The notes under the pieces: generated by a model | What the model was told of the DNA's origin: nothing | The model's database searches: none | Seen by the model: the letters and a program-made list of their open reading frames with translations, nothing else | Made by a program: the position numbers and the translations under genes | Shown here: in pieces, positions 45,786 to 55,251 of the stretch | Layout: every line of letters begins with the position of its first letter | Numbering within the stretch: the stretch's first letter is position 1 | DNA from: Pedobacter sp. | Lineage (GTDB): Bacteria; Bacteroidota; Bacteroidia; Sphingobacteriales; Sphingobacteriaceae | Assembly (NCBI GenBank): GCA_965249885.1 | Contig: OZ252254.1 | Span: forward strand, 252,013 to 316,012 | Reading direction: 5' to 3' | DNA length: 64,000 nucleotides

Positions 45786-45818
45786 AAAAAAAGCCGCCGC
45801 ATTTTTAATGCAACGGCT
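45786..45818 (-). terminator. Intrinsic terminator of fbaA
   Basis: agccgccgcatt-ttt-aatgcaacggct imperfect stem preceded by an A run. Confidence 0.6.
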
Positions 45819-45841
45819 CTAAAAAGATATAATATTATCGA

Positions 45842-46921
45842 TTATAATTTATCGTTAACATTAATACAGTTCAAATCTTCAAAAGCCACTTTTAAACGAG
45901 CCACAAAAGCTTCTTCCGATTTACGTAACCAAACACGTGGATCGTAGAATTTCTTGTTAGGTTTGTCATCACCTTCTGGATTACCAATTTGGCCTTGTAA
46001 GTAAGCCTCATTCTTTTTGTAGTAACCTAAAATACCGTCCCAAAATGCCCACTGCAAATCGGTATCAATGTTCATTTTTATAGCACCGTAAGAAATAGCT
46101 TCTCTAATTTCTTCTTGAGAAGATCCTGAACCGCCGTGGAACACAAAATTGATTGGTTTTTCTGCAGTTAAGTTATATTTCTCTTTGATATAATCTTGAG
46201 AGTTTTTTAAGATAATTGGTTGTAATTTAACGTTACCTGGCTTGTACACACCATGTACGTTACCAAAAGCAGCCGCTACTGTAAACTGATTACTTACTTT
46301 GCTCAATTCTTCGTAAGCATAAGCTACTTCACTAGGTTGAGTATATAATTTCGAGCTATCTACATCGCTATTGTCTACGCCGTCTTCTTCTCCACCAGTT
46401 ACGCCCAACTCAATTTCAATAGTCATACCTAGTTTGCTCATGCGCTCTAAATATTTTGCAGAAATCTCTAAGTTTTCCTCGATTGGTTCTTCAGAAAGGT
46501 CTAACATGTGCGACGAAAACAAAGGCTTTCCAGTTTCGGCGAAGAATTTTTCACCGTGATCCAACAAACCATCAATCCAAGGTAATAACTTTTTTGCAGC
46601 ATGGTCCGTATGCAAAATTACTGCAACGCCGTAATGTTCAGCCAATAAGTGTACGTGTTTAGCTGCAGATACCGCACCTAAAACGCAAGCTTGTAAATTG
46701 TCGTTATTTAAGGTTTTACCAGCGTAAAACTGTGCGCCACCATTTGATAATTGAATAATTACTGGCGAATTTACCGCTTTTGCCGTTTCCATTACCGCAT
46801 TAATCGTGTTGGTTCCTGTAACGTTTACTGCTGGAAGTGCAAATTGATGTTTTTTGGCCTGCTCAAACAATTCTTGTACTGCAGCACCATGGATTACGCC
46901 TTTGTAGCCTTTTAAACTCAT
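45842..46921 (-). CDS. fbaA: Class II fructose-bisphosphate aldolase
   Basis: LHTDHAAKKLLPWIDG, IEIELGVTGGEEDG, FGNVHGVYKPG, FVFHGGSG. Confidence 0.98.
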   Translation of the reverse strand: MSLKGYKGVIHGAAVQELFEQAKKHQFALPAVNVTGTNTINAVMETAKAVNSPVIIQLSNGGAQFYAGKTLNNDNLQACVLGAVSAAKHVHLLAEHYGVAVILHTDHAAKKLLPWIDGLLDHGEKFFAETGKPLFSSHMLDLSEEPIEENLEISAKYLERMSKLGMTIEIELGVTGGEEDGVDNSDVDSSKLYTQPSEVAYAYEELSKVSNQFTVAAAFGNVHGVYKPGNVKLQPIILKNSQDYIKEKYNLTAEKPINFVFHGGSGSSQEEIREAISYGAIKMNIDTDLQWAFWDGILGYYKKNEAYLQGQIGNPEGDDKPNKKFYDPRVWLRKSEEAFVARLKVAFEDLNCINVNDKL

Positions 46922-47029
46922 TTTATATTTAGTTTTATTATGTTTCGAAGTTAGGAAAATTAATCTAACAACCGTTGATTAATCACAAATGTAATCAAAA
47001 TTTACTTATTGTCAAAAGTACACTAAGAC

Positions 47030-47115
47030 TGGTTGTTTGGTTCATTGGCCATTGGGCATTGGTTCATTGGTTTTTGATTGTTGATTATTGATTATTGATT
47101 GTTGATTGTTGACTA
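47030..47115. repeat. G/T-rich heptamer arrays
   Basis: CATTGGC CATTGGG CATTGGT, then TTGATTG TTGATTA TTGATTA TTGATTG TTGATTG TTGACTA. Confidence 0.85.
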
Positions 47116-47147
47116 GAAAGCAATTTCAGTTTTCCAAACGTTCCTGT

Positions 47148-47248
47148 AGTCCCGCTTTTCGTTGCAATCTTTTTGTCAACGGCAATGCAAAACTTAAGAA
47201 GTTTTCAACCATACTGCTTCAAAAAGTATTTCCACTGCAATCGGGTTT
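47148..47248. repeat. AAACCCGA...GCGGGRCT family element, reverse orientation
   Basis: agtcccgctttt...caatcgggttt termini. Confidence 0.6.
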
Positions 47249-47283
47249 TGAGCACTTCAACCTTTGCACAGCACTTACATTTT

Positions 47284-47370
47284 AAACCCGACATTAGCGG
47301 ATACCGGCCATGTGGTTAAGGCCAAGCGTGGCCTTGGGCAGGCAGCGCAGTATGAGCGTTTGGCGGGGCT
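47284..47370. repeat. AAACCCGA...GCGGGRCT family element, forward orientation
   Basis: aaacccga...gcggggct termini; internal aaggcca-agcg-tggcctt hairpin. Confidence 0.55.
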
Positions 47371-47436
47371 GTACTTTAATAGCAGCAATGCAACTGCTTT
47401 TCTAAAACGAATAACTAACTTCTAATAACTAATACC

Positions 47437-47481
47437 TGTCACCTGATATGTAAGACAGATCCCTCGGAACTCGGGATGACA
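47437..47481. repeat. TGTC-tagged REP-like element
   Basis: tgtca...agatccctcggaactcgggatgaca, with terminal tgtca/tgaca. Confidence 0.5.
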
Positions 47482-47534
47482 TAATGCATAAAACAAAAAA
47501 TACTTCCACTGCATTGACAACTACATTTCTCGAA

Positions 47535-47646
47535 CTAACAACTAACAACTAACCACTAACCACTAATACCTAACAACTGATCCCTAATACCTAACCACTA
47601 ACTCCTAATACCTAACCACTAATACCTAATCCCTTACACCTATCCA
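47535..47646. repeat. C/A-rich heptamer tandem array CTRAYNN (16 units)
   Basis: CTAACAA CTAACAA CTAACCA CTAACCA CTAATAC CTAACAA CTGATCC CTAATAC CTAACCA CTAACTC CTAATAC CTAACCA CTAATAC CTAATCC CTTACAC CTATCCA; 5 more units at 47415-47449. Confidence 0.92.
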
Positions 47647-47710
47647 CTAAAAACACTTTGCGTTAATTATTTTTTTCGTTTCTTTGTAGTCGCATTTTTA
47701 AAAAATACAC

Positions 47711-48556
47711 ATGTCTTGGTTTAGAAGAGAGAAAAAAGGAATCAGCACTAGTACCGAAGAGAAGAAAGAGGCGCCAGATGGTTTATGGAACAAGTGTCCA
47801 AACTGTAAAAAAGCCCTTCACAGTGCCGACCTTCAAGAAAGCAAGTGGGTTTGTCAATACTGCAGCTACCACCTACGCGTAGGTTCAAAAGAATATTTCC
47901 ACGTACTGTTTGATAATAATGAGTTTACGGAGCTTGATGCTAATTTAACTTCCGGCGATCCGCTTCATTTTATAGACAGCAAGCCTTACACTGACAGAAT
48001 TATTGAAACCACCAAAAAAACAGGCCTTAAAGATGCCATCAGGGCTGCTTATGGTAAAATTGATGGTGAAGATATCGTGATTGCCTGTATGGACTTTAAC
48101 TTTATCGGTGGTTCAATGGGATCTGTGGTAGGTGAAAAAATTGCCCGTTCTATTGATTACAGTCTGAAAAAGAAAGTTCCTTTTCTGATGATTTCAAAAT
48201 CGGGTGGTGCACGTATGATGGAAGCAGCATTTTCGTTAATGCAGATGGCTAAAACATCGGCTAAACTAGCGCTGTTGAGCCAAGCTAAAATCCCATATAT
48301 TTCTTTACTTACCGACCCAACAACTGGTGGTGTTACGGCATCATACGCGATGCTAGGCGACATCAACATTGCTGAACCTGGTGCACTAATTGGCTTTGCA
48401 GGACCAAGGGTAATTAAAGAAACCATAAAAAAAGATTTACCAAAGGGTTTCCAAACTTCAGAATTTGTATTGGAGCATGGTTTCCTTGATTTCATTGTTG
48501 ACCGAAGGGAAATGAAAGAAAAATTGGCTACGTTCTTAAAGATGATGAAGAAGTAG
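47711..48556 (+). CDS. accD: Acetyl-CoA carboxylase carboxyltransferase beta subunit
   Basis: [12 protein letters not shown] zinc finger, [38 protein letters not shown]. Confidence 0.98.
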   Translation: MSWFRREKKGISTSTEEKKEAPDGLWNKCPNCKKALHSADLQESKWVCQYCSYHLRVGSKEYFHVLFDNNEFTELDANLTSGDPLHFIDSKPYTDRIIETTKKTGLKDAIRAAYGKIDGEDIVIACMDFNFIGGSMGSVVGEKIARSIDYSLKKKVPFLMISKSGGARMMEAAFSLMQMAKTSAKLALLSQAKIPYISLLTDPTTGGVTASYAMLGDINIAEPGALIGFAGPRVIKETIKKDLPKGFQTSEFVLEHGFLDFIVDRREMKEKLATFLKMMKK

Positions 48557-48559
48557 ACA

Positions 48560-48600
48560 GTGATCAATTGTTAATGATTAATGGTTAATTATTTAATTAT
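48560..48600. repeat. Short heptamer array after the accD stop
   Basis: GTTAATG ATTAATG GTTAATT ATTTAAT. Confidence 0.45.
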
Positions 48601-48614
48601 TTATCGATAATATG

Positions 48615-48659
48615 AAAAAAGCAGGGTTGTGCAATAAATGCCAACCCTGTTTTTTTTTT
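48615..48659 (+). terminator. Intrinsic terminator
   Basis: gcagggttg...caaccctgt stem with long T tail. Confidence 0.8.
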
Positions 48660-48776
48660 AATGATCAGGTGAGGTGTTGTAATCCATAATTTGAATGGAA
48701 AAACACACCTAAACCAAGTGCTAAACCGCCAATAACAAGTTTTTATACTACACTTACATTTTAAATGAAATTACTA

Positions 48777-48807
48777 TTGGCATAAAGCATTTGAAATTGT
48801 AGATTTG
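48777..48807 (+). promoter_or_regulatory. Promoter of sucC (TTG-N20-TAGATTTG)
   Basis: TTG at 48777-48779 and TAGATTTG at 48800-48807. Confidence 0.6.
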
Positions 48808-48873
48808 GGCAAATTTTTAATCAGATGAACCGTAAGCTCCATTTGACCAATAAAGAAAAAAAATCATAATCAA

Positions 48874-50064
48874 ATGAATATCCACGAATACCAAGGTAAA
48901 CAAATTCTAAAGAGTTTTGGCGTTGCTATCCAAGAAGGCATTGTTGCTGATACAGTTGACCAAGCTGTTGAGGCCGCTAAACAAATGAAAACTGATTTTA
49001 ACTCTGATTGGGTTGTGATTAAAGCACAAATCCATGCTGGAGGTAGAGGAAAAGGTGGCGGTGTGAAGTTGGCCAAAAACTTAGATGAAGTTAAGCAAAG
49101 AGCTACGGATATTTTGGGAATGCAATTGATTACACCTCAAACCGGCCCAGAAGGTAAAAAAGTAAACAAAGTGTTAGTAGCACAAGATGTATACTATCCT
49201 GGTCCTTCTGAAACTAAGGAGTTTTACATGAGCGTACTTTTGGACCGTGCTGCTGGACGCAACATTATCATGTACAGCACTGAGGGTGGTATGGACATTG
49301 AAGAAGTAGCTGAACATACGCCACATTTGATTTTCAAAGAAGAAGTTGATCCTAAAGTTGGTCTTCAAGGTTTCCAAGCTCGTAAAGTTGCTTTTAACTT
49401 AGGCTTAAGCGGTGCTGCTCATAAAGAAATGGTGAAGTTTGTTACTGCTTTATATAAAGCTTATGATCAAACTGACTCATCGATGTTTGAAATCAACCCG
49501 GTTTTAAAAACTAGTGATGATAAAATTATTGCTGTTGATGCCAAAGTAAACTTAGACGAGAATGCTTTGTATCGTCATGCTGATTACGCTGCAATGCGTG
49601 ATGTAACAGAGGAAGATCCAACTGAAGTTGAAGCTGGAAAAAGCAACCTTAACTATGTGAAGCTAGACGGTAACGTAGGCTGTATGGTTAATGGTGCTGG
49701 TTTAGCAATGGCTACAATGGATATCATCAAAATTGCTGGCGGTGAGCCTGCAAACTTCCTTGATGTTGGCGGCACTGCTAACGCAACTACTGTAAAAGCG
49801 GCGTTTAACATCATTTTGCAAGACCCTAACGTAAAAGCAATTTTAATTAACATTTTTGGTGGTATTGTACGTTGCGACAGAGTAGCGCAAGGTGTAATTG
49901 ATGCTTACAAAGAAATTGGTGACATTAGAGTTCCAATTATTGTACGTTTACAAGGCACTAACGCTGAAGAAGCTAAAAAATTAATTGACGAATCAGGATT
50001 GAAAGTTTACTCAGCAATTTTATTGAAAGAAGCAGCTGATTTAGTAACTAAAGTATTGGCATAA
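48874..50064 (+). CDS. sucC: Succinyl-CoA synthetase beta subunit
   Basis: [57 protein letters not shown]. Confidence 0.98.
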   Translation: MNIHEYQGKQILKSFGVAIQEGIVADTVDQAVEAAKQMKTDFNSDWVVIKAQIHAGGRGKGGGVKLAKNLDEVKQRATDILGMQLITPQTGPEGKKVNKVLVAQDVYYPGPSETKEFYMSVLLDRAAGRNIIMYSTEGGMDIEEVAEHTPHLIFKEEVDPKVGLQGFQARKVAFNLGLSGAAHKEMVKFVTALYKAYDQTDSSMFEINPVLKTSDDKIIAVDAKVNLDENALYRHADYAAMRDVTEEDPTEVEAGKSNLNYVKLDGNVGCMVNGAGLAMATMDIIKIAGGEPANFLDVGGTANATTVKAAFNIILQDPNVKAILINIFGGIVRCDRVAQGVIDAYKEIGDIRVPIIVRLQGTNAEEAKKLIDESGLKVYSAILLKEAADLVTKVLA

Positions 50065-50084
50065 TCCAAAATTCATATTATTAC

Positions 50085-50114
50085 AAAAACCAGCTGAAAT
50101 CAGCTGGTTTTTTT
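50085..50114 (+). terminator. Intrinsic terminator
   Basis: aaaaaccagctga-aa-tcagctggttttt plus T tail. Confidence 0.85.
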
Positions 50115-50185
50115 TGCGACTTAGTTGCCATGATTAGCTAAAAAGAGCGGATATTAAAACCAATAGTTTTATGTAAATTTAATTC

Positions 50186-50824
50186 ATGAGCCAGTACGAA
50201 GAAACATTTAATACTTGGAACAAGGTTGCGAAAATATATGAAGAAAAGTTCATGCACTTGGATTTGTATAACGAAACTTATGATACTTTCTGTAAAGCTC
50301 TAACTGGAAAGCATGCCAAAATTCTGGAGGTTGGCTGTGGCCCAGGCAATATTGCTAAGTATATACTTAATCAAAACGCAAACTTTGAAATCTTAGGGAT
50401 AGATATTGCTCCAAACATGATTGAACTCGCTAAACAAAACAACCCTAACACAAGGTTTGAGGTAATGGATGCAAGAGCAATTGATCAATTGAAAACAAAA
50501 TTTAACGGAGTTATCGCCGGCTTTTGCATCCCATACCTGTCCTTAAACGAAACTCAACACTTCATTTCAAACAGCCACCAACTGCTTGACGATGACGGTG
50601 TACTTTACATTTCTTTTGTAGAAGGAAAATATTCACGATCTGGTTTTAAAACAAATAGTTCTGGAGATAAAGTTTATTTCTATTATTACGAATTGGCAAC
50701 TATAACCAATGAAATTGAAAAATTAGGCTTTAAGGCGGCGCAAATTTTAAAAGTCAACTTTAAAAGATCAGCTACAGAGATAGAAGAGCATACAATTATT
50801 ATTACCAGAAAATCAAACCGCTAG
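50186..50824 (+). CDS. Class I SAM-dependent methyltransferase
   Basis: ILEVGCGPG motif I, GIDIAPNMI, FEVMDAR. Confidence 0.9.
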   Translation: MSQYEETFNTWNKVAKIYEEKFMHLDLYNETYDTFCKALTGKHAKILEVGCGPGNIAKYILNQNANFEILGIDIAPNMIELAKQNNPNTRFEVMDARAIDQLKTKFNGVIAGFCIPYLSLNETQHFISNSHQLLDDDGVLYISFVEGKYSRSGFKTNSSGDKVYFYYYELATITNEIEKLGFKAAQILKVNFKRSATEIEEHTIIITRKSNR

Positions 50825-50844
50825 TTCCAATTTTATTTAGTAAT

Positions 50845-50961
50845 AAAAAAGCCAATCTAAAAATAGATCGGCTTATATAGGTTGTTTAGGTTTAGTTTAA
50901 ATCTTTTTCTAAGTTCATTTGTTTTATGAAAAAGCTCTGGCCATCCAACCAGAGCTTTAAT
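50845..50961 (-). ncRNA. Candidate orphan sRNA (5' hairpin, A/C-rich body, 3' terminator)
   Basis: TATATTTG at 50967-50974 (minus); 10-bp hairpin 50931-50958; minus-oriented terminator 50845-50874 with no minus-strand CDS to terminate; ends estimated. Confidence 0.45.
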
Positions 50962-51208
50962 CAAACCAAATATAAATGTACTTTTTTGTATGAACACAAC
51001 AAATATATAGCTAATATTTTAATTTTAAAATAAAAATTTAACTTTTTTTACATTTTTTATTTAAAAATTTAATTAAAAATCAAATAAAAACAAAATAAAC
51101 CTAAAAATAGCAACTTTAAACTTATAAAAACATATAAATTCAAATTATTTCTACAAACAGGTTAAAAAAATAGAAAAAAACAGCATAAATTAATGATACA
51201 ATACATAA

Positions 51209-52168
51209 ATGAGTGAAATTAATATAGAAAAACAGATAGAAACTAAAATAAATACAATATTACAACCTATTTTAATAATTTTCGAAAATTCAAAGATCGA
51301 TTTCAACTTTTATATTGCGGAAAACTTAATAACCTTTAAAAAATCCAAAAGTCATTTTCCTCCTATTGATAATGACCAATTAAATTTGAATGAATTATCA
51401 TCGTTTAGTACGCCATTGACCAACAATAGCGAACAGAAACATTATGCAGCCGTAAAATTACCATCAGTGGATAGTGAAGAGACAGGATATTTCGCTATTG
51501 CTAAAAGCGACAATTCTGAGTTTTCGAAAAACGACCTGGCTTTATTAAATGCATTCGTTAGGTTAATTAACGAAACAATAGCTGATTTTGAACAACAGGC
51601 TAAACTCCTTAACATATTGAATGATTTTGTACATAAGTCGGTTCATGATTTAAAAAACCCTCTTACATCTATATCACTTACTTCGGAATTATTGAAAAGA
51701 AAAACGGATGATCCAGCTACGATTATGAAGTTTGCGGGGAAACTGGAAAATGCTAGTAAGCGATTATTTGATAATTTGGACCATTTAAAATCCGTATTCC
51801 CCGTAGATGATAAAAGCTTCAAACTTAATATTAGCCAGGTCGATTTAAATCAGTTGTTAAAAGAAGCAGCTGCAGCTCGCTTTTTAGAATTTGTTTGCAC
51901 TAACGAACAAACACTCATTTATGCAGATGCAGGTCGACTGAGGCACGCTTTTGACTGCTTGATCACTTCAGCAGCTTCCAACAAGGGGCAATTGGTTGTT
52001 TTAGAGACAATAGATGATCAGCTCATTATTAAGCTACCGCACCATGACTTACATCGCCTGCAATTCACTAAATTTCTTATGGCTAAAACCCTGATCGGAA
52101 TGCACAAAGGAACGATTAATATAATTGAAGATGCTTATTATATTTCCCTGCCTTTTGAAACACCATAA
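51209..52168 (+). CDS. Histidine-kinase-like protein with intact H-box and degenerate ATPase domain
   Basis: GAF-like remnant; VHDLKNPLTSI; no recognisable N, G1, F or G2 boxes. Confidence 0.7.
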   Translation: MSEINIEKQIETKINTILQPILIIFENSKIDFNFYIAENLITFKKSKSHFPPIDNDQLNLNELSSFSTPLTNNSEQKHYAAVKLPSVDSEETGYFAIAKSDNSEFSKNDLALLNAFVRLINETIADFEQQAKLLNILNDFVHKSVHDLKNPLTSISLTSELLKRKTDDPATIMKFAGKLENASKRLFDNLDHLKSVFPVDDKSFKLNISQVDLNQLLKEAAAARFLEFVCTNEQTLIYADAGRLRHAFDCLITSAASNKGQLVVLETIDDQLIIKLPHHDLHRLQFTKFLMAKTLIGMHKGTINIIEDAYYISLPFETP

Positions 52169-53493
52169 AGGTTGAACGAGACTACAAAAGTGCTCCCTTG
52201 GACCTTTGGATTGGATTCAAACCAAATCTTTCCATCTTGCAATTCGGTAAATTCTTTGCAGAGTAACAGACCTAGCCCTACTCCTTTTTCGTTATTAGTA
52301 CCAAAAGTGGACAAGGCACGTAGTTTGAACAAACCCTCCTGTTCATGTTCCGGAACGCCAGTACCGTCATCCTTTACCTTGATAAAGCAATTCTCTTGAT
52401 TATGTTCCATCGAAACGGAAACATTCCCCCCGTCGGGCGTAAATTTTATAGCATTATTAACTAAATTACGCACTACGATATGAAACATATTCAGATCAGC
52501 AGCAATAAATATATTATCAACTAAATCCAGATTTAAGCTGATGTTTTTCCTACTGGCGATATTTTTTTCCAAACTTAGGCCACGTTCAAGTTCTCTAGCT
52601 ACATCGACAGCAACAATATCAACCCTAGCGCCATCCATTTGCGATTTAGACCAAGCTAAAACATTGGACAGCATCTCCGACGTGTCTTTGGTAGCCTGTA
52701 ATAACTTTTGCTTAATTTGTTCATTTTCCGACTCGCTTAATTCGGTTTCCGCCAAAACCTCCAAATAACCCAAAATTGAGCTCAACGGAGATCTAATATC
52801 ATGTGCGACAATAGAAAATAGCTTAGCTTTTTCGGAATTCAATTTCTCGAGCTCCTTATTTTGCTGCAAAATACGAAAGCTTTGGGCTTCAATTTCAGCA
52901 TTTTTTTGATTGACAACGTTGCGCTCACGATCGTAATTGTTTCTTATAAAACTAATACTTAAACAAATTAGCAACGCAGCCACACCGTAAGTTACAGCAA
53001 AGTCAATTACCCTGGAAAGCTCATCAACATACGCCGTTTTTATAGCATCAGGTTCAAGGTATTCGAACGCAAGCACTCCAAAAACCGTTGTTATATTTAA
53101 TACAATCCAGAACGCTAACTCTTTTTTAGGAACCACAACTATGGTAACCAGGAGTACCAAGCAAAAAAGCAATAAATTGGGGCCATGTATCCCTGAATTA
53201 AGGAAATAATTGACTAAAAAAGTAAAGTTTGCTGCGATGCCCAAGCTACGCGTAGCTAATTTTGTGCTTCGCCTAACACGTGAAATGTAATAGAGACAAG
53301 CGGCGAAAATAGTCCCGAAAGCACATACGATAGCCACATATTTTAGTCCGATGTAGTAGTTGAAAAAAATCTCGATGAAAAAAGCTACTACTGCGATAGA
53401 ACAAAACGTATTGAATATTCTTTCTTCCAGCGAAAACTTTTTAGGATTACCGATAATGTGATTGGCACTTAGCCACGAACGTAAACTCGCCAC
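52138..53493 (-). CDS. Membrane sensor histidine kinase
   Basis: About 5-6 N-terminal TM helices; AHDIRSPL, RNLVNNAIKF, DDGTGV, GVGLGL. Confidence 0.93.
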   Translation of the reverse strand: MASLRSWLSANHIIGNPKKFSLEERIFNTFCSIAVVAFFIEIFFNYYIGLKYVAIVCAFGTIFAACLYYISRVRRSTKLATRSLGIAANFTFLVNYFLNSGIHGPNLLLFCLVLLVTIVVVPKKELAFWIVLNITTVFGVLAFEYLEPDAIKTAYVDELSRVIDFAVTYGVAALLICLSISFIRNNYDRERNVVNQKNAEIEAQSFRILQQNKELEKLNSEKAKLFSIVAHDIRSPLSSILGYLEVLAETELSESENEQIKQKLLQATKDTSEMLSNVLAWSKSQMDGARVDIVAVDVARELERGLSLEKNIASRKNISLNLDLVDNIFIAADLNMFHIVVRNLVNNAIKFTPDGGNVSVSMEHNQENCFIKVKDDGTGVPEHEQEGLFKLRALSTFGTNNEKGVGLGLLLCKEFTELQDGKIWFESNPKVQGSTFVVSFNLYGVSKGREI

Positions 53494-53597
53494 CGTTATT
53501 TAGAATAAGATTAAGCAAACATAACGATATTCATCGGAAATTTAAGAAGTCAAATGAATTTTAGCTAATTGATAGGTAAAATGACTAGACAATTGCT

Positions 53598-53605
53598 TAT
53601 TTTTG
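53598..53605 (+). promoter_or_regulatory. -7 promoter element (TATTTTTG) for asnS
   Basis: TAnnTTTG 22 nt before the ATG. Confidence 0.55.
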
Positions 53606-53627
53606 CCACTTTTATAATACACTAGAT

Positions 53628-55064
53628 ATGATTAAAAGACAACAAATTAAAGACTTATTAAGATCAACTGACTTCAACACCGAAGTTACTGTAATGGGCT
53701 GGGTAAAAACTTTCCGTAATAATCAGTTTATTGCTTTGAATGATGGATCATGCATGGGTAATATCCAAGTGGTTGTTGATTTTAATAATACCGCCGAAGA
53801 TTTGTTGAAAAGAATAACTACAGGCGCTGCAATAAAAGCAGTAGGTACTTTGGTTGAATCGTTAGGAAAAGGACAAACTGTAGAAATAAAAGCCACTACA
53901 GTGGAAATTTTGGGGGATAGCGATCCAGAAAAATTTCCTCTACAACCTAAAAAACACAGTTTGGAGTTTTTGAGAGAGATTGCGCACTTGCGTTTTAGGA
54001 CAAATACTTTTAACGCCGTGTTCAAGGTACGTCACGCATTAGCTTTCGCGATTCATCAGTTTTACAACGAACGTGGTTTTGTTTACATGCACACGCCCGT
54101 AATTACCGCAAGTGATGCCGAAGGTGCCGGAGAAATGTTTAGAGTAACTACTTTAGATTTCGATAATCCGCCTCGTACTGAAAACGGAGCAGTTGATTTT
54201 AAAGAAGATTTCTTCGGAAAATCAACCAACTTAACAGTTTCTGGACAGTTAGAAGGTGAACTTGCAGCCATGGCGTTTGGCCAGATTTACACTTTTGGAC
54301 CAACTTTTAGAGCCGAAAACTCAAATACCACTCGTCACTTGGCGGAGTTTTGGATGATTGAGCCAGAAGTTGCTTTTGCAGATCTAGAAAATAACATGCA
54401 GCTAGCCGAAGACATGATGAAGTATGTGATCAGCTACGCAAAAGAAAACTGCAAAGAAGAACTGGAATTTTTGAACAGCCGATTGCTAGAGGAAGAAAAA
54501 CAAAAACCGCAAAACGAGCGTAGCGAACTGAGCTTGCTAGAAAAACTTGATTTTTGTTTAGCTAACGATTTCCAGCGCTTAACTTATACTGAAGCAATAG
54601 ACATTTTAAAAGCATCAAAACCTAATCAGAAAAAACAATTTAAGTACCTGATTGATAGCTGGGGTGCCGATCTACAGAGCGAACATGAGCGTTACTTGGT
54701 AGAGAAACACTTTAAACGTCCGGTAATTTTAACCGACTATCCAAAAGACATCAAATCGTTTTACATGCGCTTAAATGATGATGGAAAGACAGTAGCTGCC
54801 ATGGATATTTTATTCCCAGGTATTGGCGAAATGATTGGCGGCTCGCAACGTGAGGAACGTATGGAGGTATTAAAACAGCGTATGGACGAGATGGGAGTAC
54901 CTCAGGACGAACTTTGGTGGTATTTAGATACTCGCCGCTTTGGTTCGGCGCCGCATGCTGGTTTTGGTTTAGGTTTCGAACGTTTGGTACTGTTTGTAAC
55001 AGGAATGACCAACATCCGCGACGTAATCGCTTTCCCTCGTTTTCCTAAAAGCGCTGAGTTTTAA
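53628..55064 (+). CDS. asnS: Asparagine--tRNA ligase
   Basis: OB fold GWVKTFR; LTVSGQLE; FRAENSNTTRHLAEFWMIEPE; PHAGFGLGFER. Confidence 0.98.
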   Translation: MIKRQQIKDLLRSTDFNTEVTVMGWVKTFRNNQFIALNDGSCMGNIQVVVDFNNTAEDLLKRITTGAAIKAVGTLVESLGKGQTVEIKATTVEILGDSDPEKFPLQPKKHSLEFLREIAHLRFRTNTFNAVFKVRHALAFAIHQFYNERGFVYMHTPVITASDAEGAGEMFRVTTLDFDNPPRTENGAVDFKEDFFGKSTNLTVSGQLEGELAAMAFGQIYTFGPTFRAENSNTTRHLAEFWMIEPEVAFADLENNMQLAEDMMKYVISYAKENCKEELEFLNSRLLEEEKQKPQNERSELSLLEKLDFCLANDFQRLTYTEAIDILKASKPNQKKQFKYLIDSWGADLQSEHERYLVEKHFKRPVILTDYPKDIKSFYMRLNDDGKTVAAMDILFPGIGEMIGGSQREERMEVLKQRMDEMGVPQDELWWYLDTRRFGSAPHAGFGLGFERLVLFVTGMTNIRDVIAFPRFPKSAEF

Positions 55065-55114
55065 TGCTAAGCAGGTTACAAGTAATAAGAACAAGATTAA
55101 ATAAATACCTAACT

Positions 55115-55147
55115 AAAAAGTCCCGAAATTTTCGGGACTTTTCTTTT
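55115..55147. terminator. Bidirectional intrinsic terminator
   Basis: aaaagtcccgaa-at-tttcgggactttt between convergent genes. Confidence 0.85.
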
Positions 55148-55251
55148 TACTGTTAGTTTGCCTGATATTTTTCAGACAATATGATAATGGTCATTATCTA
55201 ATCTAACTCACCGTAAATAAACATATAACCACAGAAATTTATCAGAAGCAA

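Noticed and set aside
47535-47646. Heptamer arrays as a CRISPR array or true telomere
   Set aside because: Units are 7 nt and contiguous with no unique spacers, no cas genes are present, and the arrays are internal to a gene-dense region.
48874-50064. sucC without adjacent sucD
   Set aside because: Split suc genes are common in Bacteroidota, so this is not informative.
51000-51208. Extremely AT-rich tract as oriC or island boundary
   Set aside because: No DnaA-box cluster or att-like repeat recognised; more simply a promoter region.
55065-55114. Possible heptamer array after asnS
   Set aside because: Only 2-3 poorly matching units; not distinguishable from chance by eye.
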